The notes: generated by a model not told the origin, from the letters alone. Shown: positions 45,115-54,180, counted from the stretch's first letter. The stretch is DNA of 64,000 nt from a virus (IMGVR_UViG_3300027806_000039:9310-73309); one strand, 5' to 3'. Numbers and translations are program-made.

Positions 45115-45285
45115 TCAGCCGACCTTCAGCCGCCGAACTTCGCCCGGTGGCACGATCTGCTTGTCGGTGCAGCCGCACCGGGCACAGCGGAGGTACCGCA
45201 CTTGGTACTCTCCGCTCCGCTGCGACGATGCCACGGCGAGCTTGCCGTCTCGGCATCGCGGGCACGTTTCGCCACTAGCGGCCAT
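45115..45285 (-). CDS. Ogr/Delta-like zinc-ribbon protein (56 aa, below ORF-track cutoff)
   Basis: MAASGETCPRCRDGKLAVASS...VRYLRCARCG. Confidence 0.65.
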   Translation of the reverse strand: MAASGETCPRCRDGKLAVASSQRSGEYQVRYLRCARCGCTDKQIVPPGEVRRLKVG

Positions 45286-46291
45286 GCTGCCTCAGGAAAT
45301 CGCGGAGAGACGCCGCCTTGCCGCGAGCCCGCAGCACGCGGTCGATCTCGGCTTTTCGCACTTCGGCTTCGGCGGAACGCCACGCATCAAAGGACCGCTT
45401 CGCCACGCTCACGTCAGCATCTGGATAGGCCGGGAACGTCACCGGCCCAACGTCGATTAGCGTGTCAATCTTCGTGACGGTGCGGATGCTGCGTCCGTCT
45501 TCCACGCTCCACGCTTCACCGCCTGGAGCAATCTGGAAACTGAAGCTGCTGCCGCGCACGATATTCGCTTCGATGTTGCTGGCAAGATCGCGCCCGTAGG
45601 TTGTGTCGGGCACGGGGAACTCATACCGCAGCCCGATCTCGTCCACGTTCATCCGCAGCGTGCCAGGGAACCTGGCCAGCGGATAGTTCGGATCGTGGTT
45701 CCAGAGCGCCCGAGTCTCCAATGACTTCTTGCGGCCGCGTCGCTCCGCGACGATCCCGAACGCCTTGGGGTCGATCCGCTCGATAAATTGGCCGTCGAGT
45801 TCCAGCGAGTTCACGCCGAACTTTGCCGCGTAGCCGACGATCCACCGGCTTTCGCCCGCGCCGTCCTCAGACCGCGACTCCACGCGGAGCAGCGGCAGGG
45901 TGCCGGATTCTTCTTCGTACAGGCTGCGTCGTTCGATCATGCTTCGGTTCTCCTCGTCTGCCGCGTTGAGTTGCCGTACCAGTTTGTTTGCCCACGCCTG
46001 CCCGGCGTCACCGCCCCATAGCGCCCAAGCTATACGCCCTGCGCTGGGAAACCCTTGCTCTGATGGGCTGAATCCTTGGCCTTGCTTGTCGATCTCGTGC
46101 CGGTCGAAATACGCCTTCATCCTGCGAGCCGTGTCGGGCGAGATGCTGACGCCGTTGCTCAGGTCACGGGCTCGAGCAACGCCTACCTCCGTGCCACCAC
46201 GGTTGAACTCTCTTCGCCACTCTAGCCCGCGCGCCGCCTCCTCTCGCACACCCGAAGGTGGCGTGAAGTCGACATGGTCATACGTAGCCAT
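45275..46291 (-). CDS. HK97 prohead protease with extra N-terminal domain
   Basis: VGYAAKF, ALWNHD, GSSFSF, DVGPVTFPAY; N-terminal ...IAWALWGG domain. Confidence 0.9.
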   Translation of the reverse strand: MATYDHVDFTPPSGVREEAARGLEWRREFNRGGTEVGVARARDLSNGVSISPDTARRMKAYFDRHEIDKQGQGFSPSEQGFPSAGRIAWALWGGDAGQAWANKLVRQLNAADEENRSMIERRSLYEEESGTLPLLRVESRSEDGAGESRWIVGYAAKFGVNSLELDGQFIERIDPKAFGIVAERRGRKKSLETRALWNHDPNYPLARFPGTLRMNVDEIGLRYEFPVPDTTYGRDLASNIEANIVRGSSFSFQIAPGGEAWSVEDGRSIRTVTKIDTLIDVGPVTFPAYPDADVSVAKRSFDAWRSAEAEVRKAEIDRVLRARGKAASLRDFLRQHGR

Positions 46292-48389
46292 TGGGGGCTT
46301 CCGTCTTCGTGATATCAGTCACTTTCGCTCCAGCCTGCCCGTCGAACTCACCGCCATCCCACACGCTGACGAGCGCCGCCGGATCATCTGGCGTCGCCGG
46401 CAGTTCGAGGTCGCCAAGGTTCAGGACGCCTTCGGTCATCACATGATCGACGCGACCGATGCGACCGTCCGCGAGCGTCACCCAATCGCCTTCCGCAATG
46501 GTGCCGGGGGCGGCCCGCTTTGACGTTCGCTTGCGGCTCCGCTTCGCCTTCTTCTCCATCGGCGGCTTCACGGTTTGCGGCGAGTCGTCCACCCACACGT
46601 CCACGGCGATGCCGGCTGCCTTGGCGGCGTCGTCCTTCAGCGTCTCACCGCCGATGAGCAGCACCTGCGAGAAATACGACTTCCACTCGCCCAGCGTGTC
46701 GGCAACCAGCTGCTGGTTCTCTGGCGTGTCCTCGCGCCGCGAAATCATCACGACCGTGTTGCCGCCCTCGACCGCGTCTTCCGCGAATTCGCCCCACAGC
46801 TTCGGGTCCGCAGCGAACGTGCGGTCGAAGTCGATGCTGAGCGTCAGCGAGCGAGACTCAGGCAGCGAGCGAGCCAGCGGAGCGGCAGGACCTGCGGCCG
46901 GTTCTGTGGCCGGGGCCGGCACGGGCGTGTCTGGCACACCCGCCAGAATCGCGTCGATCTGCTGCTGCGGAATAGACGGGAAGGCTGCCGCGACCATTGC
47001 AGAGGCACCGGCCTTGGTAACGAGCCCCGTGCTCACCTGCTGAATGATCGCGATCAGCCCCGTGATTTGTGCACCGTTCAGCGAGACTTCCGCCACCTGC
47101 GGAGCGGCATCCGCGGCCGGCTGCGTGGCCGCATCGACGCCGCCTTCGACCGCCTGGCCGTCGATGCCACTGCCCGGCATCTGCTGCGCCATCACATCGG
47201 TCGCGGTGGGGCTTTCCCCAAGCGTGCCCATGTTCAACGGCCGATGCCGCACGTCGCCGCCTTCGACCGGGTTCATGTCCTCCAAGGCGAGGATGTCGTT
47301 CGTGCTGAGCACGCCAATGTCCCACATCGAGCGGTAGTAGCTTGATCGGCTCGCCGCGTCACCGCGGAGCAGCCCGCGAACGTCAAACGAAATCTGGTAC
47401 CGCTCACGGCTCGCGTCATCCGGCATCAAGTCGCGGGTGAACGCCGACTCCAAGCGACGCAGCCACGGCAAAATCGTGTGCTGCACGAAGTCGAGGCCAG
47501 CATGCTCAATCGAGCCGTAGGAGCCGCCGCCTACCTGAAGCAGGTGCATCGGGATGCGGAACAGCCTGGCGATTTCCTCGAGCTGGTACCGCCGCAATTC
47601 CAAGAACTGCGAATCGCTATTGCTGGCATACGGGATCCCATAGGGCTTGAGGCCGCCCGTGAGCACCGCCGTTTCGAAAGCGTTGTGCGGGCCGCGATGC
47701 TTGCGGTTCCACCCTTCGGCCAGTTCCCGGCGAGCCTCCGCGTTGAGCGGATTGTCGGTGCTGAGAATGAAGCCGGGCCGGGCACCGCCGCCAAAGAATC
47801 TCGCCCCGTGAATCTCGCACGCCCGTGCCAGCGCAATCGCATCGCGGCACGACTCTGCGATGCTCTCGCCATGCACGCCGTCATCGCTCGGGCCGCGGAC
47901 GTGCAGGATTTGCTCCTGCGAATAGACCGTCTGACGCCCCTTCGCCTCGCGATAGCTGTACCTCAGCCGGTCGTTCTCAATTGTCTCGACCTTCATCCGG
48001 CTCGGGTGCAGCGGCAGCACTTGGTCAGCCGCCCCCGACGCCCCCGGCTTGATCTCGCTGTAGGCGTCGCCCCACAACGCGACATGCCGCACCAGCTGCT
48101 CCCGCCACTCAAACGAGGTCTGCCATGCGTTCGGCTGAGAGTGCAGCCGGCGATAGAGAGGCAGTTCCTTAGCCTGACGCTTGCCGCCGTTGCTCAGCCG
48201 CTCGAGCACATGGAGCGGCAGGCTCGCCACCGTCTCGCTCAGGATCCGCACGCACGCGAATACCGCCGCCACCATCGTGGCGTTGTCGGCACTGATCCGC
48301 ACACCCGCCGGGCTGCGGCTGCCGCCGTCTTCATCCCACGAACGCTCGTCGCCGGGTAGCCAGAGGATGCGATTTTCGTGGGCGATCAT
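46278..48389 (-). CDS. HK97-family portal protein with long C-terminal fusion (HAD-like domain)
   Basis: AVFACVRILSETVASLP, QPNAWQT.FEW, EIARLFRIP; C-terminal IDFDRTF...VWVDD; start ATGA-coupled to terL. Confidence 0.92.
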   Translation of the reverse strand: MIAHENRILWLPGDERSWDEDGGSRSPAGVRISADNATMVAAVFACVRILSETVASLPLHVLERLSNGGKRQAKELPLYRRLHSQPNAWQTSFEWREQLVRHVALWGDAYSEIKPGASGAADQVLPLHPSRMKVETIENDRLRYSYREAKGRQTVYSQEQILHVRGPSDDGVHGESIAESCRDAIALARACEIHGARFFGGGARPGFILSTDNPLNAEARRELAEGWNRKHRGPHNAFETAVLTGGLKPYGIPYASNSDSQFLELRRYQLEEIARLFRIPMHLLQVGGGSYGSIEHAGLDFVQHTILPWLRRLESAFTRDLMPDDASRERYQISFDVRGLLRGDAASRSSYYRSMWDIGVLSTNDILALEDMNPVEGGDVRHRPLNMGTLGESPTATDVMAQQMPGSGIDGQAVEGGVDAATQPAADAAPQVAEVSLNGAQITGLIAIIQQVSTGLVTKAGASAMVAAAFPSIPQQQIDAILAGVPDTPVPAPATEPAAGPAAPLARSLPESRSLTLSIDFDRTFAADPKLWGEFAEDAVEGGNTVVMISRREDTPENQQLVADTLGEWKSYFSQVLLIGGETLKDDAAKAAGIAVDVWVDDSPQTVKPPMEKKAKRSRKRTSKRAAPGTIAEGDWVTLADGRIGRVDHVMTEGVLNLGDLELPATPDDPAALVSVWDGGEFDGQAGAKVTDITKTEAPNGYV

Positions 48390-50005
48390 ATGAAGAAGAT
48401 TTCGGGTGTGGATGCCGAGTTGGTGACGCTGTTTGCTTCCCACCCGCCGAGCGCGAATATGCACGCCACGATGCCGTCAATGCGTCCAGTGCTCTTCTTC
48501 TTCACTGGCCGAATGTCCTCGAACGCATTGCTCTCCGTGCACACACACCCAGCCATCCACGACAGCACAGGATTTCCTCCGTGCCGAATCCGCTGCTGAA
48601 GCACAAGCGACTCAAGCAACTTCGTCGGGCTGCTCATGGAGCGGAAGCCTTGCCCGAATGATTCCACGGAGAGCCCTTCCCCTTGCAGTTCCACCCCCAG
48701 CTGCACAGCACCCGTCATGTCCATCAAGACGCGCTCCACCTTGTGCTTTTTCGCGTATTGCAGCACGTACTCGCGAATAACAGCGTGGTCGATCACGTTG
48801 CCGTCGGTGGCCGTGATGTAGCCAGAGTTCACCCAGTGCTGGAACGGCTGGCGATCAGTCCGCTCGCGTTCCATAATCAGGTCGCGAGGCGCCCAAAACA
48901 TCGCATCGATGTCGAAGGTTCCATCGTCAGACGGGAACAGAGCGACGCATGCCGAAAGGTCAGTGGACTTCGACAAGTCCATGCCGATGATGCACTTCCT
49001 GCCGGCGAGTGGCTCTCGCGGCATTTCAGAGCAGGCCGCCCACTTCTCCGGGTCAAGCCACCTGTTCGTGCTCTCTACCCAGACCCCAAGCGAATATCTC
49101 AGCCAGCCATTGAGCTTCGACGGCTTATTCCTCGCCTCTTGAGCATCGGCCGCGAAGCTATCGACCGTCATGGTGATCCCCATGCCAGGATTGCACCGCT
49201 TCCATACAGCCGGGTCGAAGTAGTCATCGGTCCCGTCGGCCTTGGCCGCGAAAATCTTCCCGTAGAACCTTGGGTCGTACTTCGGATCTGCCATCACCTG
49301 CTCGGCGTATTCGTGCTGCTCCCAGCAAATCGTGTCTCGTCGGTCGCCGGCCGTCGTGATCGTCGCGAGGAGCGGCTCTCGCCTTGAGCGTCCCGAGTAG
49401 CGAAGCGCCTCGAAAAGGCGTCGGTCGGGCCATGCATGCAGTTCGTCGCAGAACACGAACGAATAGGACGGCCCTTCAGCCGCACCGGCGTCGCGTGAAA
49501 TCACCCGCATACTGCTGCCGGTCTGCTGGCAGACAATCGTCTTTCGCGAGTCGATCACTTCAAGCGACGCGGCCAACTCTGGCGAACGCTTCACCATCGC
49601 GGCTGTCTCGTCAAAGATGATCGCCGCCTGGTTTCGGTCTTTGGCAGCAATGCAACCCAACTCGCCGTCGCCCTCCATCAGCAAGTGCCAAATGGAAAGA
49701 CACGAAAGAAGCGTTGATTTAGCGTTTTTCTTCGGCACCTCAAGGTAGGCGAGCCGATACCGCCTGAGCCCGTCGTTCGTCTTCCACCCGTAGAGCGGCT
49801 CGATCACGTCGTGCTTGTGCCAGTCGAGCAGACGCATCGGCTCGCCGGCCTTCGCCGTTGGCGAGTCTTTCGTGTGGCAGCACACGGCCTCGAGGAATTT
49901 GATCACGAGGTCGGCGGCGTCACCGTTGTAGGTGTAGCCCTCGACCCACTCATGCCTTCTTCTTGAGGGCAAGGAACTTGGCGAGCGTGCTTTCTTGCTT
50001 GGCAT
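48386..50005 (-). CDS. terL: Terminase large subunit
   Basis: EVPKKNAKST (Walker A), FCDELH (Walker B), ITTAG, GMDLS, RIDGIVA. Confidence 0.95.
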   Translation of the reverse strand: MPSKKARSPSSLPSRRRHEWVEGYTYNGDAADLVIKFLEAVCCHTKDSPTAKAGEPMRLLDWHKHDVIEPLYGWKTNDGLRRYRLAYLEVPKKNAKSTLLSCLSIWHLLMEGDGELGCIAAKDRNQAAIIFDETAAMVKRSPELAASLEVIDSRKTIVCQQTGSSMRVISRDAGAAEGPSYSFVFCDELHAWPDRRLFEALRYSGRSRREPLLATITTAGDRRDTICWEQHEYAEQVMADPKYDPRFYGKIFAAKADGTDDYFDPAVWKRCNPGMGITMTVDSFAADAQEARNKPSKLNGWLRYSLGVWVESTNRWLDPEKWAACSEMPREPLAGRKCIIGMDLSKSTDLSACVALFPSDDGTFDIDAMFWAPRDLIMERERTDRQPFQHWVNSGYITATDGNVIDHAVIREYVLQYAKKHKVERVLMDMTGAVQLGVELQGEGLSVESFGQGFRSMSSPTKLLESLVLQQRIRHGGNPVLSWMAGCVCTESNAFEDIRPVKKKSTGRIDGIVACIFALGGWEANSVTNSASTPEIFFI

Positions 50006-50441
50006 CAGGCTCCACCTTGAGCGACGAACGTGCCGCAGGCGACAGGCCGAAGTCGGCTTCCAACTGCCGCAGCTGCTGGGCCAGTTTGTGAGCGATGCTC
50101 ACCTCTGGCCGTTGTGCGATGTACTTGATTTCGCCGCCATCGTTCAGGATCGGGTACGTGTCACCTTCTGCCTTCAATTTCGCACGAACGGCAAGCCACC
50201 ATTCGTACGTGTCGCAGTACCGGGCGAGCGCCTCAACGTCGGCCCGCGTCATCACCTTGACCGCCTGGAGCATGGGGAGCAGTTCTTGCCATCGCTTTGC
50301 CGCGATCTCTCCAAGGTGCAGCGGCATGGCGATGCCATCAGCTGGCGGCTCCGGCTCAGCACTATTCAGCCGTTGCTTGCCAGGATTGCCACGAAGAATC
50401 TTGAATTTCGTCGGTGTAGGACGTGGTCCGCGTCGCCCCAT
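49950..50441 (-). CDS. terS: Terminase small subunit, P27 family
   Basis: GRRGPRPTPT..K.LRGNPGK...FGLSPAAR. Confidence 0.92.
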   Translation of the reverse strand: MGRRGPRPTPTKFKILRGNPGKQRLNSAEPEPPADGIAMPLHLGEIAAKRWQELLPMLQAVKVMTRADVEALARYCDTYEWWLAVRAKLKAEGDTYPILNDGGEIKYIAQRPEVSIAHKLAQQLRQLEADFGLSPAARSSLKVEPDAKQESTLAKFLALKKKA

Positions 50442-50443
50442 CG

Positions 50444-51433
50444 TCAGCACTCCACAAAAACTAGCCGCAATTGCCCGCCAGCCTTGTTGCTCTTCCTGCC
50501 GTTACATCTCCGGCAGAGGCACTGTGAATTGTCGAACGTGTTGCCTTTGCCTGGCACGCCCCATGACAGTGGCACGATGTGATCGTGCTCAGCGTTGCGT
50601 AGGCTGGCCTTGCGGGTTCGCTTATTGATCCGCCACGGTCCTTTATGGCACTTTGTGCCGCAGTTCTGGCAGACCCAACCGTCACGCTCGCACACGGCCT
50701 CCCTAGTGCACACCGGGTCGAACGGGACGTTGTAGTGACGGCATTTCCGCCGAAGCGTGGTCGTTCGGGTTATCTTCGCCCAGCTCTCCCTGGCCTGGCC
50801 GGATCGCTCGGCACGCGGGCGATTCTTTCCCCATCGATGGTCCATTGAGCACTCGCGAGAGCAGAACTTGTTTTTGCCTTGCCACTCGTTCTTCAAGCTC
50901 CTCTTTGGAAATGGCTTGCCGCACTGAAGGCATTGAATCGAAGGACGGTGTCGCGTGTTGTGGAAACACGCCCGAGAGCAGAACTTGCCATCGCCGGCTC
51001 GGCCCGCGCGCCGCTCAAACTGTTTCCCGCAGGCTGTGCAGTTGATTACGACCCGGCTGCGGCTGGCTGTGTGGCCGCACTGCGCGGAGCAGAATTTCTG
51101 CCGTGGCCGAGATGACAGAAATGCGTTCCCGCAATGCAGGCAGCAAAGCGAGTAGATTTTGTCTCTCCCTGCCCTGTGTCTTTCGCGACTGCGCGCGACC
51201 TCTTTTGCTGCCATGCATTTTGGGCACAACTTTGGGAACGGCCCTCTTCTTGGAAGCTGTGAAAGCGATGTTCCACAGCCGACGCACGCTGCGGAACTCC
51301 ACTTTGTTGTCGCCCTTGATCTCAGCCTGGCGGAAGTGTTTTTCGACTTGCAAGACGGGCAGCGAATTGGCCAACGGCGTGCTGGCAACTGGCGTTGAAG
51401 TTGCGATCCGCAGTCGATGCATGCGCGAGACAT
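50444..51433 (-). CDS. HNH endonuclease with multiple zinc-finger repeats
   Basis: Repeated CxxCG...FCS..C units; ERDGWVCQNCG, EHDHIVP...N.QCLCRRCN. Confidence 0.88.
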   Translation of the reverse strand: MSRACIDCGSQLQRQLPARRWPIRCPSCKSKNTSARLRSRATTKWSSAACVGCGTSLSQLPRRGPFPKLCPKCMAAKEVARSRERHRAGRDKIYSLCCLHCGNAFLSSRPRQKFCSAQCGHTASRSRVVINCTACGKQFERRAGRAGDGKFCSRACFHNTRHRPSIQCLQCGKPFPKRSLKNEWQGKNKFCSRECSMDHRWGKNRPRAERSGQARESWAKITRTTTLRRKCRHYNVPFDPVCTREAVCERDGWVCQNCGTKCHKGPWRINKRTRKASLRNAEHDHIVPLSWGVPGKGNTFDNSQCLCRRCNGRKSNKAGGQLRLVFVEC

Positions 51434-51468
51434 GCCAACAACATGCGGTGCCTGTCAAACGAGCAGCA

Positions 51469-51554
51469 CCTACCCCCTGAGCGTTACCCTCGCTCACCCC
51501 TGTCGATTAGAACTTCTGGTTTCGCTCAGCAGCCCTCCAGAAAGCCTACCCCCT
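51469..51554. repeat. Two CCTACCCCCT direct repeats; candidate cos/packaging region
   Basis: Copies at 51469-51478 and 51545-51554 in the gap downstream of the gp74-like HNH. Confidence 0.4.
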
Positions 51555-51590
51555 ATGCGGTCATGCCTAGATTCTGCGCACGCGACGGCG

Positions 51591-51917
51591 TTATGCCCGG
51601 CTCTCTGCGTTCGTCTTCTTCTGGTGGCAATGCGCGCACAAACACTGGCCGCCGGCTACGTCATATCGCGACACCCCATTAACGCAGCGGTCGCTGCCGG
51701 CGACCACTGGCGAGATGTGATCGGCGTGCGCCTCTCCCTTCTTGGTGCAGAGCATGGAGCACCGGCGGCATCGCCATCCATCGCGGGTCAGCACAGCAAG
51801 ACGCCACGCGAAGTGACGCTTGTCACAGTACCCACGGGAGGCAGCGTTCGGCCTAGACTCCGGCAGACTTGCTGGCCGGAGCCGAGCCTGCCGGAATCGG
51901 GGCACCCGCGTCGGCAT
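51591..51917 (-). CDS. Terminase-associated HNH endonuclease (HK97 gp74-like)
   Basis: AASRGY...WR..VL.RD...C..C...HADHI...LC..CH.KKT. Confidence 0.85.
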   Translation of the reverse strand: MPTRVPRFRQARLRPASLPESRPNAASRGYCDKRHFAWRLAVLTRDGWRCRRCSMLCTKKGEAHADHISPVVAGSDRCVNGVSRYDVAGGQCLCAHCHQKKTNAESRA

Positions 51918-51920
51918 GCG

Positions 51921-52277
51921 TCAACTCTTCAGCGTCACGATCCCAGTGGTGCCGGTCGAGTTCGTGGTGCCACTCGCGATCCGCAGGAACGGCACGGCAA
52001 ACGTCTCGTCAGGCAGCGGGTAGGCCCGGCCCTCAGTCGTGCTGGGACTCAGCGTGATCTCGCAGGCCGACCCGTCCACCTTCCGCAGACGACGGTACGG
52101 CCCGGCCTCAGCCGACGCTGACCACATCTGGAGCGTGGTCGCGTTGGTGCTCATGGTGCCCAGATCGACCACGCCGCCGGCAAAGTCCTCGAGCCGCAGC
52201 GTGGTGCAGAGCGAGGTGGCGGTGTGCAGGGTGATCGAGACTTGGCGGGCACGCCGCCGCAGCTTCACTTCCGACAT
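51921..52277 (-). CDS. Hypothetical protein
   Basis: AGGAG RBS; beta-rich 118 aa. Confidence 0.65.
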   Translation of the reverse strand: MSEVKLRRRARQVSITLHTATSLCTTLRLEDFAGGVVDLGTMSTNATTLQMWSASAEAGPYRRLRKVDGSACEITLSPSTTEGRAYPLPDETFAVPFLRIASGTTNSTGTTGIVTLKS

Positions 52278-52325
52278 GGCATATCTCCTGGGTAGGCACG
52301 GGGGATGGCCCGCGACGCGGCCTCA

Positions 52326-52520
52326 TCAGCCATCCAGCGTAGGCGTCAGATCCCGTAACCTTGCAGCCTCAGCCTCTAGTTCCTCCAGGCGGTCGGCAGC
52401 TTCGAGCAGGGCGGCACGCTGAAGCCGCACCACCTCGTCAACGTGCTGGAGGTGCACGGAGAGGTAGATATTCCCGTGGTATGACGCGAGCGTGCGGAGC
52501 TTGTCGGGAAGCGAGTGCAT
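52326..52520 (-). CDS. Hypothetical protein
   Basis: ALLEAADRLEELE; ATG 6 nt after TTGACG-N7-TATCCT. Confidence 0.6.
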   Translation of the reverse strand: MHSLPDKLRTLASYHGNIYLSVHLQHVDEVVRLQRAALLEAADRLEELEAEAARLRDLTPTLDG

Positions 52521-52541
52521 GACGGAAGGATATGGCGGTCG

Positions 52542-52739
52542 TCAATCGTCAGGCGGCTCCGGCAACGGCATCCAGTGGCTCACGTCTTGCAGTGCCGGGC
52601 GTGCCATCGCCCCAACCTCGCACTCGTAGGTGATGACCTTCACATCAACGTAGGCGTGCGGCCCGTGATGGTGGACAACGAGGTAGCGTCCCTCAGGGGG
52701 CTTGCGTTCGGCGACGGGAATCCATGCCGGCTGGCTCAT
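52542..52739 (-). CDS. DUF551-family protein 1
   Basis: WIPVAERKP...VSHWMPLPEPP. Confidence 0.85.
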   Translation of the reverse strand: MSQPAWIPVAERKPPEGRYLVVHHHGPHAYVDVKVITYECEVGAMARPALQDVSHWMPLPEPPDD

Positions 52740-52766
52740 GCGCTTCTTCGCCGCAGTAGCGTCACT

Positions 52767-53075
52767 TCAGCCAGGCCACGCAGGGGGCTGCGGGAGCGGC
52801 ATCCAGTGGGTCGCCCTGCCCATAACAATGCTCACGTCCTCAAGGAACTCCTCGCCAAAATAGGGGCATCTCCAATGCCCCTGAAACATATGGGCAACCG
52901 TAACCGAGCGATCTGCCGGGTTATCTCCCTGGACGAAAACGGCAACGGCAATGCGCTCCTCTGGCAGCCGCTCCGTCACCGGAATCCAACCGTCAAGGAT
53001 CGCTTGACGGTTCGCCGCAGAACCAGCGGATGCAAGAGACGGCTCAGCCGCGCCGTGCGTGTTGTCATCGCTCAT
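52767..53075 (-). CDS. DUF551-family protein 2 (start codon inside an attC-like hairpin)
   Basis: WIPVTERLP...THWMPLPQPP. Confidence 0.85.
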   Translation of the reverse strand: MSDDNTHGAAEPSLASAGSAANRQAILDGWIPVTERLPEERIAVAVFVQGDNPADRSVTVAHMFQGHWRCPYFGEEFLEDVSIVMGRATHWMPLPQPPAWPG

Positions 53076-53106
53076 CGTTCGCCGCTCCTGATCCTTGGCG
53101 TTCTAC
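53017..53106 (+). other. attC-like recombination site 2
   Basis: GCAGAAC-cagc-GGAT[G]CAAGAG[A]CGGC...GCCG-CTCCTG-ATCC-ttggc-GTTCTAC: AAC/GTT ends, unpaired spacer, two extrahelical bases. Confidence 0.7.
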
Positions 53107-53108
53107 GG

Positions 53109-53351
53109 CTATCCGTTGCCGCACTCTTTGCACGCCGGTTTCTGGCCATCGCTGGCAATCTCCTGCGGAAACCTGTACTTGCCGCACCGCGCGCATCGTC
53201 GCTGCCTAAGTCCAGCCTTGTACTGAATGGCGGCCCACTCATCCCAATCGCAATACCCGGAAGGCGGTTGATCTCCCGGCTTATATGGCCCACCCGAGAG
53301 CGTGATGAATCCAACTCTCCGACCGCGTGAATCCGTGATTGAAGCATCCAT
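53109..53351 (-). CDS. Small zinc-binding hypothetical protein
   Basis: PPSGYCDWDEWA...GLRQRRCARCGKYRFPQE...CKEC. Confidence 0.65.
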   Translation of the reverse strand: MDASITDSRGRRVGFITLSGGPYKPGDQPPSGYCDWDEWAAIQYKAGLRQRRCARCGKYRFPQEIASDGQKPACKECGNG

Positions 53352-53374
53352 TGGAAATCCACAACGCTGGCGAC

Positions 53375-53899
53375 CTATGGCTCCAGAATGAAGGCTGCGA
53401 TGTGCCGCCCCGTCCCCTTGCCCTTGGATCCGTCCTCGGTTGCGTGCCACCTAACGTCGCCAAGGTTTCGCACCTTCGCTGCCCCGCAGGCGGCAAGCAT
53501 CATCAGAACCCACTTGTCCACCGGGTACACCACCACCGACAACTTGCCCTTCCGCTGCTCCTCAATCGCCTTTCGCATCCATGCCGTTGGCCCCTTCTTG
53601 CGGCCGTTGTGGATGATGGATCCGAATGGCGGGTTGACGTAGTTGCTGCTCCCCCACTCGCAAGTAAGTCCGTCGAATCCAGGTGGCACAGGGTACGGGC
53701 ATGGGTCAAAGTCGAAATGAAACTCGGCGTCCAGTTCGGCGTATAGCTCTGGTGGCGTCAGCCAGTAGTGTTTGCCGTCGTCTCCGTTGCCGACGTGGAA
53801 CTTGTTGAGGTGAGGCGGGAGCGTGCTCTGGTGCGCCGCCGTAGAACCAAGCGATGGAGCAGACGGCGGGAATGGAGTCCAAAGTGATAGCTGCGTCAT
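53375..53899 (-). CDS. Phage N6-adenine DNA methyltransferase (Dam-phage type); start inside an attC-like hairpin
   Basis: YWLTPP, FDFDPC, YVNPPF. Confidence 0.82.
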   Translation of the reverse strand: MTQLSLWTPFPPSAPSLGSTAAHQSTLPPHLNKFHVGNGDDGKHYWLTPPELYAELDAEFHFDFDPCPYPVPPGFDGLTCEWGSSNYVNPPFGSIIHNGRKKGPTAWMRKAIEEQRKGKLSVVVYPVDKWVLMMLAACGAAKVRNLGDVRWHATEDGSKGKGTGRHIAAFILEP

Positions 53900-53931
53900 G
53901 TGTCCGCCGCTGCTCATCGCCAGCGTTCTGT
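53841..53931 (+). other. attC-like recombination site 1
   Basis: GTAGAAC-caa-GCGATG[G]AGCAG[A]CGGCGG...CCGCCG-CTGCT-CATCGC-cagc-GTTCTGT. Confidence 0.75.
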
Positions 53932-53933
53932 GG

Positions 53934-54152
53934 CTACTTGCCGTCCGTTGGCGGGGCCGGGAGCGGCATCCAGTGGGTCGGCGGGTCTATCGGTTCTGGG
54001 TAGCAGAACCAACCCGCTTCACGATCAATGCCGCCTCCGCTGCTGGCGTCGTGCCATTGGCACTCGAAGACCGGGTCGCCCGGACGCCACCCGAGGACCG
54101 ACGTGCCATCTTGCGGCAGTCGTTCGCCCACCGAAATCCATTTGCTTTCCAT
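53934..54152 (-). CDS. DUF551-family protein 3
   Basis: WISVGERLP...PTHWMPLPAPP. Confidence 0.85.
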   Translation of the reverse strand: MESKWISVGERLPQDGTSVLGWRPGDPVFECQWHDASSGGGIDREAGWFCYPEPIDPPTHWMPLPAPPTDGK

Positions 54153-54180
54153 GCCCGCACTTTCGCTCGGTAACGCCTCT

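Larger units (their letters stand above)
7953..54157 (-). mobile_element. Phage B: apparently complete HK97-type temperate siphovirus genome (47,553 bp including one repeat copy)
   Basis: Packaging, head, tail, integrase, replication, recombination and lysis-like genes in circularly permuted canonical order between the two repeats. Confidence 0.85.

Noticed and set aside
53358-53375. CACAACGCTGGCGA, resembling one arm of attC-like site 1 in opposite orientation
   Set aside because: No partner arm found; at most a degenerate remnant
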